This document shows positions 27,292 through 37,064 of a stretch of DNA of 53,721 bases, one piece after another (position 1 is the stretch's first letter; each line of letters begins with the position of its first letter). Origin of the DNA: a virus. The notes below the pieces were generated by a model. The model was not told where the DNA came from, searched no databases, and saw nothing but the letters and a program-made list of their open reading frames with translations. Both the position numbers and the translations under genes were made by a program. The stretch lies in UHGV virus genome UHGV-0138535; one strand, written 5' to 3'.

Positions 27292-27546
27292 ATGAAACTG
27301 GTAGCGATTGACAGAAATCTGAAAGCACAGAAAAACGCACAGGACCGGATCATCAAGAAAGGTAAGGAATTACTTAAAGCCTTTCTGAGAAAAGAAGTTT
27401 ACCCCAAAAAGTTACGCGACGGTTACGGATACAAAATGGATATCAATCTTGATTGGAGGCTGTTTAGCGAAGATTTGAAGGTTTGGTTAATTGTTGAGCA
27501 CCATGCCTATAACAAGTTATGTGGCGTGAAAGGCACTCATAAGTGA
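27292..27546 (+). CDS. small hypothetical basic protein (84 aa; moron)
   Basis: Track ORF with AAGGA RBS; followed by terminator hairpin. Confidence 0.45.
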   Translation: MKLVAIDRNLKAQKNAQDRIIKKGKELLKAFLRKEVYPKKLRDGYGYKMDINLDWRLFSEDLKVWLIVEHHAYNKLCGVKGTHK

Positions 27547-27597
27547 GTCGAGATATTCGAAAGGGGATATATCGCGCGGAATGGTCGTTTATAAATA

Positions 27598-27638
27598 CGA
27601 AAAATAACCCCGGCATTGCACCGGGGTTTAGTTTATTT
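27598..27638. terminator. bidirectional intrinsic terminator
   Basis: Hairpin CCCCGG-CATTGCA-CCGGGG flanked by A-rich and T-rich runs; overlaps 3' end of tape-measure gene. Confidence 0.5.
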
Positions 27639-29975
27639 GCGGCGAGGTTGCAACATTCCGCCTGGTCTTTGAGATTCCCTTGTTATCATTTTCATGGCTA
27701 CACGTTCCATTGTTAATTCAAGTCTGCGGCTGTCTTCGTCGCTGAATCCGTTCGTGGTCTGAATGCTGATACTGACAGGCATACTAATACCGCCACCGCC
27801 GCCAATATCACGGCCCGGAATAACTCTGCCGTTCTCGCCAGGGATCATATATTGATTGCCGTTAGATGTCTGGAATAGCTCCGGCCTGTTGTGTTCCCCT
27901 ACGCGGTACATATTACCACCAATGACGCTACCACCATTAAAGCGACCGCCGCCGAAAATTGACGTAGCCAGCGACATGATCGCAGTGAGCGCCGCCGAAC
28001 CAGCCGCCGCCCAGCTACCGCCAGTTGACGCCGCAGTTGCCGCCGCTGCTGGGGCCGCCGCCGCAGCAATGCTTCCCTGAGCTGCTACCGCGCTTGCTGT
28101 TGTACTTGTTTGCGTGGCCTTGCTTTGTGTCTCCATCATGATCTGATCTGCTATCCAGTTTGCAGCTATGTCTGAGAGTCTGTTACCGATATTGCCGAGT
28201 ATATTGCTTCCTAAGTTAGCAAAAACATCACTCAATGATTGAGTGCCGTTTAACAGGCCAACAAGCGCATTACTCATTCCGCCTTTAAGGCCATTAACAC
28301 AATCACCGATAAGGCCGTTTGTGTCGCTTTGCGCCTGCCATTGTTCCCATTTCAGATCGCGGATCTGTTGCTCATAGGCTAACAATTCCTGTTTCTGTTG
28401 CGCTTCAGTAGCGCCCAGGTCTATAAGCATTTGCTTACGGATGGCCCATTCATTTTGCGCCTGCTGGATGGGGTCAACTTCGCCTTTTAGCTGATCCATC
28501 GGGCTTACTATTTGTGACCATTTATCACGCAATTCATCTACCGGAATTTGTGCTAATTCTTCTTTCAGTTCCTTGCCGATCCCTTTTTGCGCGGCGCGGT
28601 ACTCAAGGAGCGTGATTTTACCCTGGGCAAATGCAGCATCAATGGCCTTGCCGTTCTCCAACGCTTTGCGCATGGCGGCGGCGTCTTTGTTGTACTGATC
28701 AGAAACGCTTATACCTTTGTCACCAAGCCGATCAGCTTCCGATTTCTTCTCTTTTTTCTGTTTTTTCGGCTTGTCTACTGGCTTGTCGAATCCGGTAATC
28801 GCTCCGTCATTGGCAGCATTCTGTTCATTTTTCCTTGCTTCTTCTGTAGCCTGGATTGCTGCGGTCAGATCATCCTGTAGTTGCATGACCTTGCCAACGG
28901 TCTTCCCGTATTTCTTCTCGTAGTTGCTGTTATATTCGTCGGTTTGCTCTCCTACTACCTCCTTCATCCATTTATAGCCATCCATTAGCGCCTTGATTGG
29001 CGTCACCATTGCGATGATCTTCTCTGCCACCTCTCCAGCCTTAACAGCCACATCATCAAACATGTCGATAAATTCGCTACCAGCCGTTTTGAGTGTGTCG
29101 AAGCAGGTTTTAGCGAATTTAGCGCCATCGCCAAGCCCTTTAACGCCTTTCGTGATCAAGTCGATAGCTGAAACAACGCCATCTGACACGCCAAAAAGAT
29201 CATCCAACTGCTCAACAAGGCCCATAATTTCTACTTTAAGCTCATTGATAGCCATGCCGGATGTGCGCGGCAACTGAGCAAACTTATCGTTTGTTTCCTG
29301 CGTAGCCGCCTGTATTGCGTTAACCATCCTTTCAGCCGTGATCTTGCCGTCCAGCATTTCGGCGCGGAACTGGCCCATTGATAATCCCATATGGCGGGCC
29401 ATTGTTTGTACGATGGTCGGCGTATTTTCAAGCAGGCTGTTAAATTCTTCGGCACGAAGAACACCGCCGTCGATAGACTGACGGAATTGACGCATTGAGT
29501 TAGACATCTGTTCCGCTGACGCGCCGCCTAATGCACCCATTTTCTGAATAGTGCCAACCAGGTTAAGCAATTGCCCTTCCGTAGCGGAGGTGTTTTTTAG
29601 TGAGATAGCCAGGCCTTGCCATAATTCGCCAGTATCTTTCAGGCTCTGCCCCGTCTCCCTGGATATTGCTTTCAGGCCGTCGAAAACCCGTCCGGCGGAC
29701 TCCGCATCGCCCGTAAGCATTTTGATTTTTACGCGAAGCATTTTTGCTTGCTCCGCCATATCCATAAATTGGCGCACAGCCTCCGCAGCAATTAGCAGAT
29801 GGATAACCCTGGTCAGTGCCTTGATGGATGTTTTCAGGGTGTTTACCTGGCGGTCAGCCTGTTTTGCGCCGCGCTCTATACGATCAAAGGCCTGGTCTGC
29901 CTGTCGTTGTGCAACGAGAAGTTGACCAGTTTTCGCATCAACTTCGTAATAAATTGTACCTACACTGGTAGCCAT
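27633..29975 (-). CDS. tail tape measure protein
   Basis: 780 aa; largely alpha-helical, Ala/Gly/Gln-rich, upstream of M-L-K-I-J. Confidence 0.8.
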   Translation of the reverse strand: MATSVGTIYYEVDAKTGQLLVAQRQADQAFDRIERGAKQADRQVNTLKTSIKALTRVIHLLIAAEAVRQFMDMAEQAKMLRVKIKMLTGDAESAGRVFDGLKAISRETGQSLKDTGELWQGLAISLKNTSATEGQLLNLVGTIQKMGALGGASAEQMSNSMRQFRQSIDGGVLRAEEFNSLLENTPTIVQTMARHMGLSMGQFRAEMLDGKITAERMVNAIQAATQETNDKFAQLPRTSGMAINELKVEIMGLVEQLDDLFGVSDGVVSAIDLITKGVKGLGDGAKFAKTCFDTLKTAGSEFIDMFDDVAVKAGEVAEKIIAMVTPIKALMDGYKWMKEVVGEQTDEYNSNYEKKYGKTVGKVMQLQDDLTAAIQATEEARKNEQNAANDGAITGFDKPVDKPKKQKKEKKSEADRLGDKGISVSDQYNKDAAAMRKALENGKAIDAAFAQGKITLLEYRAAQKGIGKELKEELAQIPVDELRDKWSQIVSPMDQLKGEVDPIQQAQNEWAIRKQMLIDLGATEAQQKQELLAYEQQIRDLKWEQWQAQSDTNGLIGDCVNGLKGGMSNALVGLLNGTQSLSDVFANLGSNILGNIGNRLSDIAANWIADQIMMETQSKATQTSTTASAVAAQGSIAAAAAPAAAATAASTGGSWAAAGSAALTAIMSLATSIFGGGRFNGGSVIGGNMYRVGEHNRPELFQTSNGNQYMIPGENGRVIPGRDIGGGGGISMPVSISIQTTNGFSDEDSRRLELTMERVAMKMITRESQRPGGMLQPRRK

Positions 29976-30102
29976 GATTTAACCTCATGCAAAAATGTGA
30001 TCTGTGTATCTATTTTATACAAAATGGCTTTACTTCAACGACTCCATTTTGTATAAGGAAGCTAAAGGGAATGGTCAGTAAATCAAGTTAGCGTGGTGGG
30101 TT

Positions 30103-30762
30103 ATGAAACGGTTAGCAAAAGTGGCAATGATTGCGGCGGTATTGGGTCTGGTTGGTTGCAATGAGGATAATGAAAAAGCGCCTATAGTGACCAATCAAGA
30201 GCAACAAGCATTAGCAGAGAAAAATGCTAAATGGCTTGCAGAACAACAAGCAAAACAAGCCGCATACGATGCACAGTTAGAAAAAGAAAATGCTGGTAAA
30301 CAGTGGCTTGTAGTTGAAAGAAAAGATGATATGCAGGACGCAAAAAACGTATTCCTTTTTGTGAAAGCAGAACAATTCAGCGGAAGTCTTGATGCTTTCC
30401 CGACACTGAAGGCACAGGATAAGAATAAACCGGTATTAACAATCGCTTGCCAGGGTAATAAAACAAAAATGTTCGTAGCATGGTCACACCATGTAACTGA
30501 CGCCGGGGACACTACTTATATTAACTACCGGATCGGCGTTCACAAAGCTGTAGCTACTGAGTGGTGGCGGTCAACTAATTATAAAGCTCTTGGATTATGG
30601 GACGGCAAAAAAGCCATCCCAATGATTAAAAAACTGGTTAACGAAAAACAATTCATCATTGAAGTAGTGCCGGAAGCTGGCGACATTGAGAAAGCAGTGT
30701 TTAACATTGATGGTCTTTATAACCACATCGACAAAGTGAAAAACGCTTGCAACTGGAATTAA
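30103..30762 (+). CDS. lipoprotein (moron, opposite strand within tail operon)
   Basis: 219 aa; signal peptide with lipobox LVGC (MKRLAKVAMIAAVLGLVGC). Confidence 0.6.
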   Translation: MKRLAKVAMIAAVLGLVGCNEDNEKAPIVTNQEQQALAEKNAKWLAEQQAKQAAYDAQLEKENAGKQWLVVERKDDMQDAKNVFLFVKAEQFSGSLDAFPTLKAQDKNKPVLTIACQGNKTKMFVAWSHHVTDAGDTTYINYRIGVHKAVATEWWRSTNYKALGLWDGKKAIPMIKKLVNEKQFIIEVVPEAGDIEKAVFNIDGLYNHIDKVKNACNWN

Positions 30763-30772
30763 GGGGTAAATC

Positions 30773-31147
30773 ATGAAAAAAATAATCAAAGCGGTTCTCA
30801 TTGGTGTTATGGCTTTAGCTCTTACAGGGTGCGCAAGATCAACTGATTTCGTTAAGTTAGCTGATAAAAATTTGCAAGTTGGAATGACTTGTGAGCAAGT
30901 GAATAAAATAATGGGGGAACCACAAAGAATCGAGCATGACGGTAATTATAGTTATCACGTATGGTATTCAGTAACCAGCACGATAGGATTTACTTACATG
31001 GATGTTGAAGAATTATCCCCTTCAAGGGTTATCGCAAAGTTTGATAACTGCATCCTAAAAGAATGGAAAGATCGCAGTAAGGCAAAGTCTGTATACAATA
31101 CAATCACACACAGTTCACCAGGTACAGCAATTAAAGATTTCAATTAG
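30773..31147 (+). CDS. lipoprotein, BamE/SmpA-OmlA-like domain (moron)
   Basis: 124 aa; signal peptide with lipobox LTGC; GMTCEQVNKIMGEPQRIEHDGNYSYHVWY resembles BamE-like fold. Confidence 0.55.
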   Translation: MKKIIKAVLIGVMALALTGCARSTDFVKLADKNLQVGMTCEQVNKIMGEPQRIEHDGNYSYHVWYSVTSTIGFTYMDVEELSPSRVIAKFDNCILKEWKDRSKAKSVYNTITHSSPGTAIKDFN

Positions 31148-31847
31148 CAAAACGCCCGGATCTACCGGGCTTTTCTTGCTCACGATTTTTCATTCTTTCT
31201 AGTGCCTTTTTAGCGGCCTCCATTTGCTCGTCATAAGCACGTTTATTTATGTGAATGTTTGGCTTGCTTCTCTCGTTTCTTTCGTCTGGCGGCGTTTTAG
31301 CGCGTACAACGGCCCTATATCCGGTCATTGTCATATTCCATGCTTCTGATTCTGATAACCCCAGGTGAGCTACGGCAGAATAAACGAATTCCAGCACGTT
31401 AAAAGTCGGCTTATATTCCCCTTCCCGGCTCTCTCCGGCGTCTTCTTCTGGCCCGTCACCGATTAAACCGTGGTACATGCAATGTTGTGCCAGCGTGATA
31501 ACGTCACTGGTCGGCATCAGTCCGGGTTTTAGTCGTAACTTGCCGGAAGAAGTTAACCTACATTCACCCAATAACGGGGCTATTTCGTCGTCTGAGCAAC
31601 ATTTCAGGATGCGCATTGACGTTTGTACTATCTCACCATAACACCGCGCCATAATGCGATTGCGGAGGTCTGGATCTGTAGGCAATCGTGATGGGTATTT
31701 GCTGCCGTGGATAAGTGCGAAATATTCGACAAGCTCACTATCGTTGCCAATTTTAGCCATCGCAGCAAAGCAAGGATTAAACTCATAGCGCTTACCGTTC
31801 ACCACAGCCGCAAATTGTCCTGTACGAACATGGATCATAGTATTCAC
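31140..31847 (-). CDS. putative tail assembly chaperone
   Basis: 235-aa track ORF; only co-oriented gene between major tail and tape-measure genes; assignment by position. Confidence 0.4.
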   Translation of the reverse strand: MNTMIHVRTGQFAAVVNGKRYEFNPCFAAMAKIGNDSELVEYFALIHGSKYPSRLPTDPDLRNRIMARCYGEIVQTSMRILKCCSDDEIAPLLGECRLTSSGKLRLKPGLMPTSDVITLAQHCMYHGLIGDGPEEDAGESREGEYKPTFNVLEFVYSAVAHLGLSESEAWNMTMTGYRAVVRAKTPPDERNERSKPNIHINKRAYDEQMEAAKKALERMKNREQEKPGRSGRFAN

Positions 31848-31893
31848 CTTAAAAGAAAAGGGGCCAAATGGCCCCGATTGTTAATATTGGCTG

Positions 31894-32370
31894 TTATGCT
31901 GGCGGAACGTCGCCTACCGTTACCTTGCCAGCGCTTTCGCACTCAATGGACCAGGTGGAAACATTATCGTGTGGATCTTCTTCTTTAAAGGAAGTGCAAA
32001 GGAATGGGCCTTCAGTTACGTCTACAGGAGAAACGATCTTCAGCCATACATAAGGTTGTGATCCGGTGGTTTCACCTGGCGTAATTACGTGGCGTTTCAG
32101 CGCTTTCTGATTATGGATTTCTTCAGTGCGGGACACACCGTCGCCGGAGAAAGAAACGGATTTGTAAGTAACCATTGATTCTTTCGTGTAATCGGCTGAT
32201 TTATCGGCGGTGGCGTCAGCGGTTTCCCATTCAACGGAAAGTGTTTTACCACGCATCATGCCTAACGCTTTGTACGCTCCAGTTTCCGGCTTCGCATTTG
32301 GACAAGCGATAGCGAAGAATACAGCAACGTCACGGCCTGTAAACGTGCCTTTTTCGCAAGTCTGAGACAT
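31894..32370 (-). CDS. putative major tail protein
   Basis: 158 aa; position upstream of chaperone and TMP. Confidence 0.5.
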   Translation of the reverse strand: MSQTCEKGTFTGRDVAVFFAIACPNAKPETGAYKALGMMRGKTLSVEWETADATADKSADYTKESMVTYKSVSFSGDGVSRTEEIHNQKALKRHVITPGETTGSQPYVWLKIVSPVDVTEGPFLCTSFKEEDPHDNVSTWSIECESAGKVTVGDVPPA

Positions 32371-32383
32371 GTTAATTTACCTC

Positions 32384-32770
32384 TTATCTTGATATGATGG
32401 TTTGAAAAGCTACGGTAAAAATAAAGCGCCCTTCTCTTGTCTGCATTGCAGGGATAGCGCCAACTGGCTTCATGTGTGTAATTTTATCAGTTTTATATTC
32501 TGTTAACATACTTTGACGGATGGCATCGGCAAGGTCTTCCACTTCACTGATATTTGTATCATTACGCGTTGAAATAACCAGGATGCGGAAATAATCACGG
32601 GTTATTGCTTCCTCACCAGCCGCGCCGCCGTTTTGCTGGATCACGATGTATCTGTCATTATTCGAATTACTTCGCTCATTCCAGAAACGGGCCTGCAAAA
32701 TATAGCCTTCATCGTATCCGTGGGATTGAATCCAATCCCTTATTTCGTCGTAAACTTCGCTGCGTTTCAT
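32384..32770 (-). CDS. putative tail terminator / tail completion protein
   Basis: 128-aa track ORF; position between head-tail joining genes and major tail gene. Confidence 0.4.
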   Translation of the reverse strand: MKRSEVYDEIRDWIQSHGYDEGYILQARFWNERSNSNNDRYIVIQQNGGAAGEEAITRDYFRILVISTRNDTNISEVEDLADAIRQSMLTEYKTDKITHMKPVGAIPAMQTREGRFIFTVAFQTIISR

Positions 32771-33231
32771 ACTTTGTAACCTTCTACAATTTCTTTATAA
32801 ATATCATCGGCGTGGTTAGGATCTTCGAATGCCTTACGCAAGAATCCAGGCTCCGCATTTGGATCCCAGTAATTACCCTTTCCAGTACCACCACCAAAAC
32901 TAATTACCTGTTTCGGTCCGAAATCTGAAAGGTTATTCGTTTTGCCGAAATCTTCGCGCGGCTGGCCTTTTAATGTACCCGGCATATTGTGCACCCATTC
33001 AGCGTAGCGGGCCGTATATCCCAGGCGTAATTGCATACCGTCCGCCGTGTTCCCTATGTACTGGAACTGACTGTTAATTAAGAAGCCCGTATCGACTGGC
33101 GTCATATTAGCCGCGAAGCCACCAGCCAGCATACCGACGCGCCATAAAACTTCGTGCGTCTTTTTATCGGTGATTTCCTTTAGTTCCTGCTTTAATCTCT
33201 CACGGACGCGTTTAACCCCCTTGATAGGCAT
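32767..33231 (-). CDS. putative head-tail joining protein (HK97 gp10-like)
   Basis: 154-aa track ORF; synteny. Confidence 0.45.
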   Translation of the reverse strand: MPIKGVKRVRERLKQELKEITDKKTHEVLWRVGMLAGGFAANMTPVDTGFLINSQFQYIGNTADGMQLRLGYTARYAEWVHNMPGTLKGQPREDFGKTNNLSDFGPKQVISFGGGTGKGNYWDPNAEPGFLRKAFEDPNHADDIYKEIVEGYKV

Positions 33232-33233
33232 GA

Positions 33234-33602
33234 TTAACCCCCTGTCACGATCTTATAATCCGGCGTGTCGTTAAACATGCTCATATCCCATTCAACGATC
33301 CCGGTAATAACGTTGGCCCCAGCCACCAGCGGGTCGGAAATATTAGTGGTGTCGCCAGTGGCAATCATCCAGCCGTTTTTCGGGCGCTGCACTGGCTGCA
33401 TATTATGAAGCAGTTCGGTAAATACGGTTATTGTATTGCTAACCTCATTACCGTTTGTGTCTGTTGCAGTGCCGTCGGTGCGCTCCCATGCGCAGTTAAT
33501 CAGGTATGGTGCGCCGTATACGTCGGCGTTTGTCCAGTCGTCATGCGTTACGGGGTAGATAGTGGCTAATGCCTTGTAACTGAATCGCGCAATCTTACTC
33601 AT
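33234..33602 (-). CDS. putative head closure / head-tail adaptor protein
   Basis: 122-aa track ORF; synteny. Confidence 0.4.
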   Translation of the reverse strand: MSKIARFSYKALATIYPVTHDDWTNADVYGAPYLINCAWERTDGTATDTNGNEVSNTITVFTELLHNMQPVQRPKNGWMIATGDTTNISDPLVAGANVITGIVEWDMSMFNDTPDYKIVTGG

Positions 33603-33786
33603 AGCCGTAACTCCAGCTAATGACCTTTGGATGAGTTTTCGCCACGCGCGGGCAAAGAATTACCCATAAGCCAGCATCATTGAGGTAGGCCGCCACCTGG
33701 CGTCCGCTATCCGTTTTAACCCACACGCGGGTAAATGGTTTCGGCAATACTGGATTTGGTAATGTCAGGTCGTTCCACATTGTCAC
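33595..33786 (-). CDS. small hypothetical protein
   Basis: 63-aa track ORF overlapping both neighbours. Confidence 0.3.
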   Translation of the reverse strand: MTMWNDLTLPNPVLPKPFTRVWVKTDSGRQVAAYLNDAGLWVILCPRVAKTHPKVISWSYGYE

Positions 33787-34169
33787 ATCCTCCTGCTCTT
33801 ACCAATCCACAGCCCGGCGTGCGCGGTGTTTTCTGGATCTGGTGGAATTAGTTCGGCTGTACAATGGTGTTTGTCCAGTGAGTAAAGCAACGAATAGGCC
33901 GCCTTCCATCGCTTATTAAAATCGACATAGCGGTAAGACTGGCTTGCACCGTTCGGACCAGTCTGCGAGGAAACGTATTTATCAGCCTGGCTTAGTCCTA
34001 ACAGGCCAATCAGATAAAGCTGAATCAATGTTGCAGTGGAGGCCGGATAGTTGGCATCAAGGCATTCATTAACGCTATTTGCCTGCTCCACCAGCAAAGA
34101 TAAGATAACGTCTGGCAGGTCAATACCCTGGCTTTCAATATATTCCCGCGCCTGTTCTGTAGTGACCAT
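33783..34169 (-). CDS. putative head-tail connector protein (gp6-like)
   Basis: ATG at 34169 with GGAGAAAA RBS inside track ORF 33783..34229; MVTTEQAREYIES start. Confidence 0.45.
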   Translation of the reverse strand: MVTTEQAREYIESQGIDLPDVILSLLVEQANSVNECLDANYPASTATLIQLYLIGLLGLSQADKYVSSQTGPNGASQSYRYVDFNKRWKAAYSLLYSLDKHHCTAELIPPDPENTAHAGLWIGKSRRM

Positions 34170-34234
34170 TTTGTTTTCTCCACATACAAAAAAATCCCCG
34201 GCATCGCGCCGGGGAGTTACAGGAAACATATCAA

Positions 34235-35299
34235 TCAGGTATTGCTGCCGTAGACCACACCTGAACGACCTTTCATATCACAGGTGATCTGAAGACCCTC
34301 AGCAGACATAATACGGAAGTTGTAGTTATCGGTCGGCATCATGCGCGGTAACGGAACTACGCCAGTGGTCATGCCAATCAGCGGGGTGATGACGCTGCGA
34401 CTACGCTGATAAGCGATAAATTCGTTGTCAGTCAGCGCATAGGTCTGGCGAATATCATCAACCGGGACAAACGGCTTGATAACATCCAGTACACTACCAA
34501 CAATTACGCCATTAACGATGTGTGGGCGTGCCAGGTTAGCCATGATTTCTGGCGATACCCACATTACATCGTATTTAGCTACGAAGTTGGCGCGGGCCAG
34601 TTTCCCGAACTCACCAGTGGTAAAGAATTCAATAATCTTATCGAAAGTCGCGGTGGTCAGGTCGATTTTAGCGACAGTTTTCAGTTTAAGTTGCTGGGTG
34701 TTTTTGTGGTTTTTAAGACCCATTGCTTTATGACCATCAACCACGATGCGATCGTTACCATTCAGGTAGAACTGGACGCGTGCTTTGTTGAATTTTTTCA
34801 GTTTAAGGCGCTGGCTGTCTAATGCAAGGTCGATGCCTACAGTATTTAAGCCCTGAGCTAAACGCCAGTTAACACCGTAACCCGCTGCGAACATCGGGAT
34901 CGGGTCGCCATCGCTGCCGTATTCGGTGTGATCAAAGCCGTGTGGCGCTTGACCATCCATAGACATCACAACTTCATCATCGATGTCACCGGATACGTTG
35001 TACATTTTCAGCGTTTTACCGATTGGCAGTACGGTTTGCACACCCATCAGGTCGTTTACGATCTCAATACCGATTTCTTCGGTGTTCAGTTCGATAATCT
35101 GGTTATCGATTTCTTTCCAGAATTCTTTTGCGAAGCCGCCGACGGCGTTACAGGTCAACATTTCAGCGGTCATATTTGCCTGATTTGCAGCAATCATGGC
35201 GTTGTGCTGCTCGTTGAAGATATTGCGTTGCGCCCACAGTTCTTTCCAATGGCCCTGCATACGGGCGTTGGTGGCAAGGTTTTCTTTTGTAAAGTACAT
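34235..35299 (-). CDS. major capsid protein
   Basis: 354 aa; position after scaffold and decoration genes. Confidence 0.6.
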   Translation of the reverse strand: MYFTKENLATNARMQGHWKELWAQRNIFNEQHNAMIAANQANMTAEMLTCNAVGGFAKEFWKEIDNQIIELNTEEIGIEIVNDLMGVQTVLPIGKTLKMYNVSGDIDDEVVMSMDGQAPHGFDHTEYGSDGDPIPMFAAGYGVNWRLAQGLNTVGIDLALDSQRLKLKKFNKARVQFYLNGNDRIVVDGHKAMGLKNHKNTQQLKLKTVAKIDLTTATFDKIIEFFTTGEFGKLARANFVAKYDVMWVSPEIMANLARPHIVNGVIVGSVLDVIKPFVPVDDIRQTYALTDNEFIAYQRSRSVITPLIGMTTGVVPLPRMMPTDNYNFRIMSAEGLQITCDMKGRSGVVYGSNT

Positions 35300-35316
35300 G
35301 TTTTTCCCCTTTTAAA

Positions 35317-35745
35317 TTAAGCAACGCGAACGCGGATAAAATCTTCCGCCTCCAGGGTTACGTCTTCCTGGCAGTATGCGATGATCGGATCTGGCGCTGC
35401 CTGTTCACTTGGCGCAACAAACAGTTTCACCCCGTCGGCTGCGAGAGCAATAGCTGCACCCTTAACATAAGCGGCTGCAGGAACAAGGAGAGCAAACTCT
35501 CGGCCCTGTTCCACATAATCAGCAACAACAGTTTCATTTGCAGCGATTGCATCAGTAATGGTTTTGCCTTCGTGGAATGCCGGGTTGACGATGTACAACT
35601 GAGCTGCACCGACATCAGCACTGGTTGCTTTTGCAAACTTACCTCCGTCCAGTTTTACCAGTTCACCTGGTTTTACTGCGACCTTAGCAGTGTAGGTTTC
35701 GGTAATGGATTTACCATCAATATTTACACGACGAAAACGAGACAT
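35317..35745 (-). CDS. putative head decoration / capsid accessory protein
   Basis: 142 aa, Ala-rich; between scaffold-like and capsid genes. Confidence 0.4.
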   Translation of the reverse strand: MSRFRRVNIDGKSITETYTAKVAVKPGELVKLDGGKFAKATSADVGAAQLYIVNPAFHEGKTITDAIAANETVVADYVEQGREFALLVPAAAYVKGAAIALAADGVKLFVAPSEQAAPDPIIAYCQEDVTLEAEDFIRVRVA

Positions 35746-35759
35746 TGTATTCCCTCCAG

Positions 35760-37064
35760 TTAGAAATAAGTGTTAAAGTCAGGGACTTCGCCTTTTTTGT
35801 CTTCACTTGCTGTGTTGGCAGCTAGCGGAGTTGCTTTACCCAGGGATTTAAACATTGCCTCTAATGCTTCACCGCTTAATGCGTTAGCAACAATTTCGCC
35901 GTGAACTTTTGCTACTGCGGCGCGTTTTTCTGCTACTTCTTTATTTGCGTTTGCTGCAATTTCTTCTTTAATTGCTTTCTGGTTGGTCTGTAATTCTTCT
36001 TGGTTGGTCTGCAATTCTTCTACGCTTGCCTGTACTGGTTTTAATGCCTCTGCTACTGCATTAGCGATATTGGCGGCTAAGCCTTCGTTAATTTCTTTTA
36101 CCAGTTCGGCGCGTTCTTCTTTTGTCAAAGGCATGGGATCGTCCTCCGATTTATTGGCCTTAATTTTTTCATTCAGGGAGAAAAGATTAGAAAGGTGTTC
36201 AGCGAACTGAGCAAACCATGATTTACTTTCCTCGTTGGTTGCAAGCTCGCCATTATTGAGAATAATTTTATCAGCCTGTTTTTCGTAGTTGTATCTTTCC
36301 GCACAGTTTTCATTAGTGGCGATCGTCACCTCTCTATCAGTGAAGTCCACCACGTATACGTAATCAGCGTCAGGGAACATTTCCCGCGCGGCAGCGGTTA
36401 ACTGTTTTTCAAGTGTGCGATAGCTATTTTCTTTCATTGCCACCGCCATTAACGGCTTCGCCTGGTCGGTATTAACCATTAAGCCTACGCCCTGTTCCGG
36501 CGAAGCGGCTGGCGGCTCATGCAGCAAGATAGCATCATGGTCGATCGACATGATTTTCACTACATGGTCAGCACCCTGGGCTTTCATTTTTTCGGTGGCT
36601 GGCATACGCTGGCGATATACAGCGACGGACGACCAGATAGGATCTTTGCTTTCTCCTTTCTCCAGTGCTTCCAGTCGGGCTAATAATTCGCGGCCCTGGC
36701 TTGAATGGCTGGCGGTTTCCACATCCACCCATTTTTCCACATAAACACGGTTGCCGCGTAACTCAACGTTTCTGTTCCACGCACCACAAAAACCCGTGTT
36801 TAATCCTTCCGGGCTAAATGCTGAAACAAATTTACCGTCAACGGTAGGATGGCCCAGCGGGGCAAGCGTACCCTCCAGTGACTGGTAATTAGCGATAATT
36901 TCAGCTTCCGGGTAATATTCCCGGTTCATTACGATGTTAAAGGGTAACGTGTAGGACGGAACAACAATATGTTCCCGCCCGTTATACGTTTCCCGGCGTA
37001 TGGTATTAGCGGTTAATTTGGTATTAACCTGAATTAATTCTTTACTCACGGTTTTTACTCCCAA
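35760..37064 (-). CDS. putative prohead scaffolding protein (possibly with N-terminal protease domain)
   Basis: 434 aa; C-terminal coiled coil with repeated EELQTNQ; position between MuF-like and capsid genes. Confidence 0.45.
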   Translation of the reverse strand: MGVKTVSKELIQVNTKLTANTIRRETYNGREHIVVPSYTLPFNIVMNREYYPEAEIIANYQSLEGTLAPLGHPTVDGKFVSAFSPEGLNTGFCGAWNRNVELRGNRVYVEKWVDVETASHSSQGRELLARLEALEKGESKDPIWSSVAVYRQRMPATEKMKAQGADHVVKIMSIDHDAILLHEPPAASPEQGVGLMVNTDQAKPLMAVAMKENSYRTLEKQLTAAAREMFPDADYVYVVDFTDREVTIATNENCAERYNYEKQADKIILNNGELATNEESKSWFAQFAEHLSNLFSLNEKIKANKSEDDPMPLTKEERAELVKEINEGLAANIANAVAEALKPVQASVEELQTNQEELQTNQKAIKEEIAANANKEVAEKRAAVAKVHGEIVANALSGEALEAMFKSLGKATPLAANTASEDKKGEVPDFNTYF

